Shown in pieces: positions 18,742 to 27,306 of a stretch of DNA of 64,000 nt. The position numbers and the translations under genes were made by a program. The first letter of the stretch is position 1; every line of letters starts with the position of its first letter. Source of the stretch: an uncultured virus (IMG/VR IMGVR_UViG_3300018494_004239) (taxonomy: Duplodnaviria; Heunggongvirae; Uroviricota; Caudoviricetes); IMG/VR virus record IMGVR_UViG_3300018494_004239; one strand, written 5' to 3'. The notes under the pieces were generated by a model. It saw only the letters and a list, made by a program, of their open reading frames with translations, made no database searches and was not told where the DNA came from.

Positions 18742-19950
18742 GTGATAAAATTGAATAATTCTTTTACTTTTATCGACCTGTTTGCTGGTATTGGCGCTTT
18801 TCATTTAGCACTTGAAAAACTTGGAGGCAAATGTGTTTTTGCATCAGAAATAGATAAATATGCAATCGAAACTTATGAAGAAAATTTCAACATGAGTTCT
18901 GACTGCAACATATTCGATGTGAAAGCAGAAGATATTCCCAAACATGATATTTTGTGTGCAGGTTTTCCTTGTCAGCCATTTTCAAATGCTGGACATAAGA
19001 AGGGTTTTGTTGATACAAGAGGAACTTTGTTTTTTGAGATTGAAAGAATTTTAAAATATCACAAAACAAAGTATATTATTTTAGAAAACGTAAAGCACCT
19101 TGTAAATCACGATGATGGAAATACATTTAGGGTAATTAAAGAGCATTTAAGTGACCTTGGTTATGTTTTAACAAAAGACCCACTAATCGTTTCTCCTCAT
19201 CATATAGGAGTACCACAAAATAGAGAACGTATTTTTATTGTTGGTATTCATCGAGATTATTATGAAGGAGAATATATCGAAATCGATGTTCCAAATAAAG
19301 AAAATTATCCTAGCACAAGTGTATTTTCCGTTTTGGACAGACATATAGATAATTATTCCGAATATGCAATAAGTGAATATGAAGGAGATGTATTAAGAGC
19401 ATGGGATGCTTTAATTAAACACTTTAGGAAGCATAATAAAAAAGTAATCTCACCAATTTTGATTGACGAATTTGGTCAAGATTATGATTATACAAATTTG
19501 CCAAAGTGGAAACAGGACTATTGTCAAAAAAATAGAGAATTTTATTTAAACAACAAAGAATATTTAGACGCTTGGATGCAACTTTTTGAAGTTAATAAAT
19601 TCAAAAAGAGAGATAGGAAACTTGAATGGCAAGCGGGAGACACCGCAGATAGTGTTTATGAAACACTTATACAATTGAGACAATCGGGAATAAGGTGTAA
19701 AAGAACAAGCACTTTTCCTGCTCTCGTTGCCATAGTGCAAACATCTATTGTCGGAAAATATTTGAGGAGAATTACTCCAAGAGAAGCGGCAAGATTGCAA
19801 TCTTTCCCAGAAAATTACATATTAAACAAAAATGAACACATGGCATATAAGCAACTTGGTAACAGTGCCAATGTTGATGTCATTGTTTATATAGCAGAAC
19901 AATTGCTAAAAATAAAATTAAAAGGAGCAGATAATAATGAGCAAATGTGA
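18742..19950 (+). CDS. dcm: DNA (cytosine-5)-methyltransferase, no adjacent restriction enzyme
   Basis: FIDLFAGIG, GFPCQPFS, ENV, PQNRERIFIVG, EAARLQSFP and QLGNS motifs. Confidence 0.93.
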   Translation: MIKLNNSFTFIDLFAGIGAFHLALEKLGGKCVFASEIDKYAIETYEENFNMSSDCNIFDVKAEDIPKHDILCAGFPCQPFSNAGHKKGFVDTRGTLFFEIERILKYHKTKYIILENVKHLVNHDDGNTFRVIKEHLSDLGYVLTKDPLIVSPHHIGVPQNRERIFIVGIHRDYYEGEYIEIDVPNKENYPSTSVFSVLDRHIDNYSEYAISEYEGDVLRAWDALIKHFRKHNKKVISPILIDEFGQDYDYTNLPKWKQDYCQKNREFYLNNKEYLDAWMQLFEVNKFKKRDRKLEWQAGDTADSVYETLIQLRQSGIRCKRTSTFPALVAIVQTSIVGKYLRRITPREAARLQSFPENYILNKNEHMAYKQLGNSANVDVIVYIAEQLLKIKLKGADNNEQM

Positions 19951-20371
19951 AAAATCAATTTTATGGAAAGACAGAAAGAGACACATGGGGATGCCAATTT
20001 CTTTTACAAAGTATGCAGTTGACGAAGAGAGACTTTATTTAGATAAGGGTTTCTTCACAACAAATTCTGACGAAATTCTTTTATACAGAATTTTGGATAT
20101 CAAAACAAAAAGAACTTTTTGGCAGAAAATTTTTGGAGTAGGAACAGTTACATTGTATTCTGCAGACCAAACAGATAGAGTATTGGAACTTAAAAATATT
20201 AAAAAACCGAAAGATGTCCATCACTTTATTAGCGAATTAGTTGAAAAGCGTAGAAGAGAACGTGGAGTGGCGGGTCGTGAAATGGTTGGTTCTGGCATGG
20301 TAAGTGCTGACGATGTTGACCATATTTGCGGAGATACCGATGGTGATGGAATCCCAGATGCACTCGAATAA
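19937..20371 (+). CDS. Bacterial PH-domain protein
   Basis: LWKDRKR, GFF...DEILLYRILD and QKIFGVGTV motifs. Confidence 0.8.
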   Translation: MSKCEKSILWKDRKRHMGMPISFTKYAVDEERLYLDKGFFTTNSDEILLYRILDIKTKRTFWQKIFGVGTVTLYSADQTDRVLELKNIKKPKDVHHFISELVEKRRRERGVAGREMVGSGMVSADDVDHICGDTDGDGIPDALE

Positions 20372-20418
20372 TAGAAAAAATAAGACACATCGAATTCAAT
20401 TCGATGTGTCTTTTTTCA

Positions 20419-21177
20419 TTATTTAATACCACAAGCATCTTTGGCGAGCTTATCAACTAATTCGTTTAATTCAACACCAGTATGGGATTTTACTTTAAAA
20501 AAGTTAACTTTGATTTTGTCGGAAACATTTTGAATGAAGTTATAGTATGCGATGGTCTGTTTTTTCTTTCTTTTCCACTCACCAGTTGCCCACTTTTCAA
20601 TACCTTCATAGTCGTAATAAATATCGATTTTATCATAACCACGAGCAATTGCCTCTTTTATGGCACATTTTGAGGCAATGATTTCGCCAGCAACATTTCT
20701 TAATTGTGCATCTTCCAAATCGTTACCGCAACCAGATAGATTTACTTGTTCTCCGTCAAAGAAAATGACAGCGCCCCATCCATAAGTGAACTTTTCAAGA
20801 TTGAAACTGCCATCAACATAAGCAACACATCCTGTTTTTGGGGTATCAAATGTCGGTTTTGGGTTTGTACTTTTATTTTGATAAGATGTAATTGTGGAAA
20901 CTGCATCATCAAAAATATAAGTACTCATAAACTTTGCAGAAGGGAAACCATTTGTTTGTGCTTGACAATCTGGCCAATTAGTGAAAATACCAATAATTCT
21001 ACCATTGGAAACAGGATAAACCTTTCCTAAAATCTTGTCATAATAGTTGATTGCCTCAACAACATCATTGCACTTTTTGTATTCTGGTGTTGGATAGTCT
21101 GCAATGGCAAGTTTCATATTGTCTTCATCAAAAAAGAAACCTTCATATTTTCCTTTTTTTACAACATAAACATCCAT
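20419..21177 (-). CDS. rnhA: Ribonuclease HI with two N-terminal viroplasmin-like hybrid-binding domains
   Basis: YVVKKG..G and Y.V.NGR..GIF.NW..C..Q..GF; YVDGSF, RNVAGEI, YDYEGIEKW and KVKSHTG..NE..D.LAK motifs. Confidence 0.9.
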   Translation of the reverse strand: MDVYVVKKGKYEGFFFDEDNMKLAIADYPTPEYKKCNDVVEAINYYDKILGKVYPVSNGRIIGIFTNWPDCQAQTNGFPSAKFMSTYIFDDAVSTITSYQNKSTNPKPTFDTPKTGCVAYVDGSFNLEKFTYGWGAVIFFDGEQVNLSGCGNDLEDAQLRNVAGEIIASKCAIKEAIARGYDKIDIYYDYEGIEKWATGEWKRKKKQTIAYYNFIQNVSDKIKVNFFKVKSHTGVELNELVDKLAKDACGIK

Positions 21178-21704
21178 TACTTAATCTTCCTTTCTACTGT
21201 AATAATTGTGTCATTGTGCCAACCGCCGTGAGGCACCATCAAAATTTCCACGATTTCGAAACCATATTTTTTACCAATACCACCACTATTCCAAGAACAA
21301 GTTATTACATACCCTCCTTTTTTTACAAGGCGACTAATTTGTTCTTTTTGTTTCGACCAATAAGAAGCTTGTGTAGTTTCCATATTTACACTCATATTAA
21401 ATTTTTTGTATACTTCTGATACTTGGCGAGGGCTGTACGGTGCGTCGTATAGTATCATGTCTGCACAATTGTCGTCCAAAATTTTTAAAAAGTCAGTTGC
21501 ATCCATATTATAATCTGTTCCGTATTGAGGGTCTAAATCATTTGTAATGGTTGCAATTTTATTTTTGTTGGCAAAAGGGTCTACAATGGTTGGGTTTGGG
21601 GGTAGTTTCCCAATATATTTTTCAATAAGTTCTTTTACTGGTTTAATATCGAATGTATTTTTGTTCGGCATACACCAAACTCTGTTAATCTCAATCTTTG
21701 ACAT
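21177..21704 (-). CDS. Small phage-type adenine DNA methyltransferase-like protein
   Basis: TFDIKP, VDPFAN, TNDL, DAPYSPRQ (DPPY variant) and HGG.HNDTI..VE motifs. Confidence 0.75.
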   Translation of the reverse strand: MSKIEINRVWCMPNKNTFDIKPVKELIEKYIGKLPPNPTIVDPFANKNKIATITNDLDPQYGTDYNMDATDFLKILDDNCADMILYDAPYSPRQVSEVYKKFNMSVNMETTQASYWSKQKEQISRLVKKGGYVITCSWNSGGIGKKYGFEIVEILMVPHGGWHNDTIITVERKIK

Positions 21705-21778
21705 AATATATTCTCCTTTGTGGTTATATTTCTACATATATTATATCATAAACAAGTGCTAATGTCAACACAAAAATG

Positions 21779-21883
21779 GACTTAATATCAAATTGAAAAT
21801 AATTTTTATTTTTTGTCTTAAAACTCTTGACAAATCAAAAAACTTGTGCTATAATCTACTTAACATCAAAATGATAATAAGTA
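21779..21883 (+). promoter_or_regulatory. Promoter of the NADAR-pncA/prs operon with candidate NrtR operators
   Basis: TTGACA 21827-32, TATAAT 21850-55; TACTTAACATCA-AAA-TGATAATAAGTA at 21857-83; weaker copy at 21779-21805. Confidence 0.8.
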
Positions 21884-21899
21884 AAAGGAGATGTACATT

Positions 21900-22889
21900 A
21901 TGATTGAAAAGTTTGACGGTTTATATGATTTTTTGAGCAATTTCTATGAGAGTAAGATTGAGTTTGAGGGCATTGTTTATCCTACTGTGGAACATGCCTT
22001 CCAAGCAGCAAAAACTCTTGATGTAAACGAGAGACAAAATATTGCTAACCTTACAACTCCTTCTCTTGCTAAACGAGCAGGTCGTTCTGTAAAACTTCGT
22101 GCTGACTGGGAGAATGTTAAAGATGAGGTTATGCTTACCTGTCTTCGTGCAAAGTTCGCTATTCCCGAATTGAGGGAGCGCCTTATTCACACTGGTAATG
22201 AGTGGTTGGTTGAAGGCAACGCTTGGCACGATAATTATTGGGGCGATTGTTCTTGTTTTAAATGTGCAAATATTAAGGGCAAGAATACTCTCGGTTATCT
22301 GCTTTGTAAGGTGAGAAAAGAAATCGTTGACAATGCAGAAGAAATTCTTGTTGTTGTCGATATGCAAAATGACTTCACCAAAGGTGTCCTTGGTAACGAG
22401 GAAACGAAGAATGTTATTCCTACTGTCGCAAAGTGCATTAAAGAGCATCGTGCAAATGGTGGCAAAGTTATCTTCACTTACGATACTCACTATGCAGACA
22501 CCTATATGGATAGTCAGGAAGGTCGTAATCTTCCTGTTCCTCACTGTTTTGATGGTGAAAAGGGATGGGAAATTGTAGATGAACTTCGTCCTTATGTCGC
22601 TAATGCCATTTGCATTAAGAAACCTACTTTTGGTAGTGTTGAACTCGCAAACTATTTGGTAACGAAAGAGAAGGAACTCGCTGCAATTGGTAAGAAGTTG
22701 GTTGTTAAGTTTGTCGGTGTTTGCACTGACATCTGTGTTGTATCCAATGTTATGCTTGTTAAAGCATTTCTGCCAGAGGTAGAGGTTGTGGTTTATGAAA
22801 ACTGTTGTGCGGGTGTAACTCCTGAAAAGCATAATGCAGCAATCGAAACTATGAAATCCTGTCAGGTTAAGGTGGCTAACTGTGAATAA
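21900..22889 (+). CDS. NADAR domain fused to nicotinamidase (PncA/isochorismatase family)
   Basis: N-terminal FLSNFY, YPTVEHAFQAAK, AKF, LVEGN.WHDNYWG, GKN.LG; C-terminal VVVDMQNDF, DTH, PHC, KPTFGS, GVCTDICV. Confidence 0.9.
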   Translation: MIEKFDGLYDFLSNFYESKIEFEGIVYPTVEHAFQAAKTLDVNERQNIANLTTPSLAKRAGRSVKLRADWENVKDEVMLTCLRAKFAIPELRERLIHTGNEWLVEGNAWHDNYWGDCSCFKCANIKGKNTLGYLLCKVRKEIVDNAEEILVVVDMQNDFTKGVLGNEETKNVIPTVAKCIKEHRANGGKVIFTYDTHYADTYMDSQEGRNLPVPHCFDGEKGWEIVDELRPYVANAICIKKPTFGSVELANYLVTKEKELAAIGKKLVVKFVGVCTDICVVSNVMLVKAFLPEVEVVVYENCCAGVTPEKHNAAIETMKSCQVKVANCE

Positions 22890-23211
22890 TTTAAAAATCA
22901 CAATCCCTTCTTATGACCAATTTTGTTCAATGAATAATAATAGGGAATATAAGGGGTTGGAATTCAAAGTTCACATGACAGAAAACCTATACCTATTGTT
23001 TGAAATGAGAAACGAAAATTTAATATTCATAAATGGTCAGTCTAAAATATATGTTGCTTGGTGTACCCATAATGGGTTTCCAATCGCTACCGAAACATAT
23101 ATAAATTGTAAGGAAGGATATGACGAAGCAATTAAGTTTTTGTTTCAAACTGCAGAAAAATTCGAAAATGTATTTCGTGATTTTTTGAAAAATACAACTG
23201 TTGCGAGGTAA
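22882..23211 (+). CDS. Hypothetical protein
   Basis: Overlapping, co-oriented ORF inside the operon. Confidence 0.6.
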   Translation: MNNLKITIPSYDQFCSMNNNREYKGLEFKVHMTENLYLLFEMRNENLIFINGQSKIYVAWCTHNGFPIATETYINCKEGYDEAIKFLFQTAEKFENVFRDFLKNTTVAR

Positions 23212-23216
23212 AGAAA

Positions 23217-23441
23217 ATGGATAGTTATAATCTGGAATATAAAGATGTCCTTTGCAAGTCTGTTGACTGGGAGACATATACTTTTGTCCTTGTGTTTAGG
23301 GGAAAGGAATATGTATATAAGCAACAGGGAGACATTAGTTGTTCTGCTGACACAGACCATATTCGTTGTGTTATTGAAGAGTTTAAGACTAATTTGATGA
23401 CACAATTTTTCGAAGAAAACTTTGATAAGGAGTGCGATTAA
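23217..23441 (+). CDS. Hypothetical protein
   Basis: ORF with GAGG RBS inside the operon. Confidence 0.6.
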   Translation: MDSYNLEYKDVLCKSVDWETYTFVLVFRGKEYVYKQQGDISCSADTDHIRCVIEEFKTNLMTQFFEENFDKECD

Positions 23442-23442
23442 G

Positions 23443-24282
23443 ATGATTAAACTTAATGAAAATATTGTTGAAATGGGTAGATTCCCAGATGGCACCATGG
23501 CAATTAAGAATGAATTTTTTGCTGAAATCGTAAACGAAAACGAATTTGCATTTGAATGGTATTATGAAAATAACGACGAAACTATGCTTCTTTTTAATGT
23601 TGTAATGCATTTGAGAGAGCATGCTCCGAGAGATGCAAAGTTTTATCTATATATGTATTATATTCCTAATGCAAGAATGGATAGAACGAAGGAAATATCT
23701 GAAGTTTTTACTTTAAAGTATTTCTGCCAGTTAATCAACATGATGAACTTTGAAAAAGTTTTTGTTCTTGATGCACATTCCAGTGTTTCTTTGGCACTTA
23801 TTGACCGTGTTGTGCAACTTGATGTTGGTAAATATATCAATAATGCTATTGAGATGTATAATCCTGATGTGATTTTCTTCCCCGATGAAGGAAGTTGTAA
23901 GAGATATGCAGATATCATCAACGGCAAAGCAATGCACGGCAGAAGTACGAAAAATAAGCATGCTTATCCTGTTGCTTATGCAAATAAAAACCGTGATTGG
24001 AGCACTGCTAAAATCCTTGGTCTTGAGGTTGTCGGAAAAGAGTTACTTGATGGCAAGAGAGTTCTTATTGTCGATGATATCTGTTCCAAGGGTGGAACAT
24101 TCTATTATTCTGCAAAGGCACTCCGAGAGTGTGGGGCGACCAATATCGGTCTTTACATCACTCATTGCGAAAACACAATTCTCACTGGCGACTTGATTAA
24201 GTCTGATTTGGTCGAAAATATCTATACAACTAATAGTATTTTTACAGAAGAACATCCGTTAATTACTAAAGTCGATTTGTAA
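23443..24282 (+). CDS. prs: Ribose-phosphate pyrophosphokinase-like protein (divergent type seen beside NAMPT; possibly Adps-like)
   Basis: RFPDGT, YIPNARMDR, LDAHS, FPDEG, IVDDICSKGGTF and YITH motifs. Confidence 0.85.
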   Translation: MIKLNENIVEMGRFPDGTMAIKNEFFAEIVNENEFAFEWYYENNDETMLLFNVVMHLREHAPRDAKFYLYMYYIPNARMDRTKEISEVFTLKYFCQLINMMNFEKVFVLDAHSSVSLALIDRVVQLDVGKYINNAIEMYNPDVIFFPDEGSCKRYADIINGKAMHGRSTKNKHAYPVAYANKNRDWSTAKILGLEVVGKELLDGKRVLIVDDICSKGGTFYYSAKALRECGATNIGLYITHCENTILTGDLIKSDLVENIYTTNSIFTEEHPLITKVDL

Positions 24283-24313
24283 TTTGGGCATAGAAAAAGA
24301 AGGTTGATGAAAA

Positions 24314-24583
24314 TCAACCTTCTTTTTGTTCTTTAAAACCCATCCCCTTGAAATCAGGTGGGGTGTTGAGAGTTAGTTTTGTGGGGATACTTTCTCGTCT
24401 ATATCTCAACTTTCCATATCGCATTGTCTTATCATATACTTTGCAACAGGAATACTTTTCTACATATGATTTCGCATCGTCTTCGTTTTCAAAATAACCG
24501 ATTTCTTCTACTCCAAATTCAACACGACCGCAACCTTGCAAGTCAAATAAATGCTCTATGATAAAAATCTCTTTTTCTTTCAC
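24314..24583 (-). CDS. Hypothetical protein
   Basis: GTG start after GGAGG RBS. Confidence 0.6.
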   Translation of the reverse strand: MKEKEIFIIEHLFDLQGCGRVEFGVEEIGYFENEDDAKSYVEKYSCCKVYDKTMRYGKLRYRRESIPTKLTLNTPPDFKGMGFKEQKEG

Positions 24584-24695
24584 AATAACACCTCCATTAT
24601 TTTAAAATATATTATATAACAAAGTGAATGATGAATTTTTTTGCCCACACAATGTATTAATCCAATGGCATTGTTTGAGATTGTGAATAATATCA

Positions 24696-25130
24696 TTATC
24701 CTTCGCATTCTTTGAGAAGTTCAAAGTGATGGTCTTTGAGAATCTCTTGGATAAATTCATTGGCAACTTCGTCGTGATATTTTACATCTTTCACAACAAC
24801 ATGTTTTCCTTCTTCAAGTGCTTTCTTAATCATTTGATATTCTTCGAGTTCATAAGGTGGAAGAGTTTCTGGGTTGAAGTTTTCAACATCGTCTTCATTC
24901 CACCAAGAATTAGCATAATGTTCATTGAGTTCTTCAATGGTTCGGAAAACTCGACCCTCCGAATCGTACCAGTCTTCGCCTTTAATGGTTGCAATGTGGT
25001 CTACAATATGGTCATACATTTTAAGAATTGGATATTTTTTCAGTTCTTCTTCGGAATAATCTTCTTTTTTGTATGCGATTACAAAAGACGAACTGGAACT
25101 ATTTGTTACAAAACCTGTTCTAAATTTCAC
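24696..25130 (-). CDS. Hypothetical protein of the FVTNSSSSSF N-terminal family
   Basis: MKFRTGFVTNSSSSSF, a motif I recall from phage and MGE proteins. Confidence 0.8.
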   Translation of the reverse strand: MKFRTGFVTNSSSSSFVIAYKKEDYSEEELKKYPILKMYDHIVDHIATIKGEDWYDSEGRVFRTIEELNEHYANSWWNEDDVENFNPETLPPYELEEYQMIKKALEEGKHVVVKDVKYHDEVANEFIQEILKDHHFELLKECEG

Positions 25131-25248
25131 AGTGCTTTCCTCCTGTTTTTTTCTTTATTATAACATATTGAGAGACCGTTGTCAACATTTTAGATTGACA
25201 AAGTGTTTGTTTTTTGATATAATTGTTTTAAAAGAGGAGGTATAAAAT

Positions 25249-25725
25249 GTGAAAAAAGTCTTAATTAGTATATTTTGTTTAGTTTCAGGATTAGTGTTAA
25301 ATCTTTTTATTCACGAGGGTTCGCACTTCTTGTTTTTGAATATTTGCAATGGCAATTTTGTTGATGGAGGTTTTGGCACAGAAAGTTTTGTGTCTGGTTA
25401 TGTTGATGTAAAATACATTCCTCTCGTTGCATTAAGTAGTATTTTTGTTCCGCTAACCATATCTTGTATTTTGGTGTTTATAAAACAACTATATGTTCAA
25501 ATTTTTTGTTGTGCATTTACGATTTCTACTTTTATGAATTCGTTGTTGGGTCTGATAATGAATTTTTTCGAAAAAAATACGGCAACAAGAGGAACATATG
25601 ATGTCCTTCTCGCTGCCGATTATAGCAATAATTCGGTTTTTATATTGTTTATAACTTTTGTTTTTCTTGTTGTTTCTGGTATTGTTATTGGTTTTAACAT
25701 GAAGCGAATAATAGATAGTTTTTAG
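25249..25725 (+). CDS. Membrane protein with HExxH (M50-like metalloprotease)
   Basis: FIHEGSH within hydrophobic helices; promoter 25195-25223. Confidence 0.65.
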   Translation: MKKVLISIFCLVSGLVLNLFIHEGSHFLFLNICNGNFVDGGFGTESFVSGYVDVKYIPLVALSSIFVPLTISCILVFIKQLYVQIFCCAFTISTFMNSLLGLIMNFFEKNTATRGTYDVLLAADYSNNSVFILFITFVFLVVSGIVIGFNMKRIIDSF

Positions 25726-26432
25726 TGGATTCTGTGTTTTGCTAACTCAAAATGTTCTTTGTTTGCTTCAATGCCAATAAATGTTCTATTTAAGTTTTTA
25801 CAAGCAACACCAGTAGAACCACTACCCATAAAAGGGTCTAAAACCGTATCATTTTCTTTACTGCAAAGTAAAACACATCTTTCCATTAAAGCAATTGGTT
25901 TTTGGGACGAGTGTTTTACTTTTTCTTTTGAGTTATGCGGTAATGCTGGGATATCGCTCCACACATCCGAAAGAGAGACACCATCTTTCAGTGTTCCCTC
26001 TGTGTACTCTTTTCTTTTGGATTCGGATTGGATTTTTATGTTGTTAAAAACAGGATTGCCCTTTGTGTAATAGCAAATTGGTTCATAACCAGAAGCAAGT
26101 GCTTTGCCACGAGTATTATTAAATGCTCTTTTTCTGCTCCAGATAATTATTCTTCTTTCTTCAAAATATTTATCTAAAAGCAATGCAATGTGACGGTTGT
26201 ATTGTCTTCCTGTAAACATAATAATTGAAGCATCATCTTTCGTAATTCTATCGAATTCTTTAATGCAATTATGTATAAATTCCAAATATTCTTCGCTATT
26301 TTTCCATTGATTATCCCAATCGTCATCAACAACTTGAAAATATGGAATATCCGTTATGACACAATCGACTGTTTTAGACTGCATCTTTTTCATATTTTCC
26401 AAACAATCACCTAAAACTAAAATATTTCCCAT
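25722..26432 (-). CDS. DNA methyltransferase (N6A/N4C, beta class)
   Basis: GDCLE, TDIPY, H..QKP and VLDPFMGSGSTG motifs. Confidence 0.9.
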   Translation of the reverse strand: MGNILVLGDCLENMKKMQSKTVDCVITDIPYFQVVDDDWDNQWKNSEEYLEFIHNCIKEFDRITKDDASIIMFTGRQYNRHIALLLDKYFEERRIIIWSRKRAFNNTRGKALASGYEPICYYTKGNPVFNNIKIQSESKRKEYTEGTLKDGVSLSDVWSDIPALPHNSKEKVKHSSQKPIALMERCVLLCSKENDTVLDPFMGSGSTGVACKNLNRTFIGIEANKEHFELAKHRIH

Positions 26433-26520
26433 AAACACCCTCCTATTGAGTTATTTCTTAATTATATATGAAAGAAATGAAAAAAGCAAATAGAAAAACC
26501 CGCCGAAGCGGGTTTTCTAA

Positions 26521-26685
26521 TTAGTCTTGCTTTGTGTCTTTTTGTTTTTGCATTTCCAACTCTTCTTTTTTGAGGCGATTGGATTCTTCGATTGCTTCAG
26601 CAAGGCGATTTGCAGCCTTTACCATTGCAGGGAAATCGCAATCAAAGAATTTTGCTCCTCTTCTAGTCTGTGCAAAATTGTTCAT
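26521..26685 (-). CDS. Small hypothetical protein (54 aa), not in the ORF track
   Basis: MNNFAQTRRGAKFFDCDFPAMVKAANRLAEAIEESNRLKKEELEMQKQKDTKQD; GGAGGA RBS; terminator AAAACCCGCCGAAGCGGGTTTT just downstream. Confidence 0.7.
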   Translation of the reverse strand: MNNFAQTRRGAKFFDCDFPAMVKAANRLAEAIEESNRLKKEELEMQKQKDTKQD

Positions 26686-26830
26686 AACATATCCTCCTTC
26701 GAATATATAAATTTTCTAACAGATTCATTATAATATATACGAAAATTTTTATCAAAAAATATTTGCATAGTTGACATTGCCGAGTTTTTGTGATATAATT
26801 ATATTATAAAATATATGGAGGTTAGAAGAA

Positions 26831-27148
26831 ATGATTTCTCTCATAGTTGCATTTATTGTAATTACCCTTATTCTTGCGGGGTTTGTTCTATTTAGCAAAC
26901 TAAATTGGTTGCAGTTCGCTGCTTTAACACTTGTAATTGGAATTTTAATTATGTTTGTTCCTGTATTTTTTCAACATCAAGCGGTTGTTGGCGATAAGGA
27001 GTTTGTATGCAGGGGTGAGCAATTTAGTAAATATTATTGCGACACAGATGAAAATAAATACTATGAAATTGCTCTCGAACACAATTGGAAGTTCTGGGAT
27101 GTTTATAGTGTAACAGAGGTTGCGGAAGCGGATATTCCCAAAAAATAA
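26831..27148 (+). CDS. Hypothetical membrane protein
   Basis: Two N-terminal TM helices; promoter 26771-26799. Confidence 0.7.
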   Translation: MISLIVAFIVITLILAGFVLFSKLNWLQFAALTLVIGILIMFVPVFFQHQAVVGDKEFVCRGEQFSKYYCDTDENKYYEIALEHNWKFWDVYSVTEVAEADIPKK

Positions 27149-27211
27149 TCTACTATGATGCGGTTCTAAAAAAGAATCGCATCTTTTTTTTATTTTTTTA
27201 TCGAAAAGGTC

Positions 27212-27268
27212 TTGACAAATCGAAAATCTTGTGCTATAATCTACTTAACATCAAAGTGATATTAAGTA
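27212..27268 (+). promoter_or_regulatory. Promoter of the NAMPT-like/nadE operon with a candidate NrtR operator
   Basis: TTGACA 27212-17, TATAAT 27235-40, TACTTAACATCA-AAG-TGATATTAAGTA at 27242-68; near-identical to 21826-21886. Confidence 0.82.
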
Positions 27269-27306
27269 AAAAATATCACAAAACCAAAATAAAAGGAGAT
27301 ATTGTT

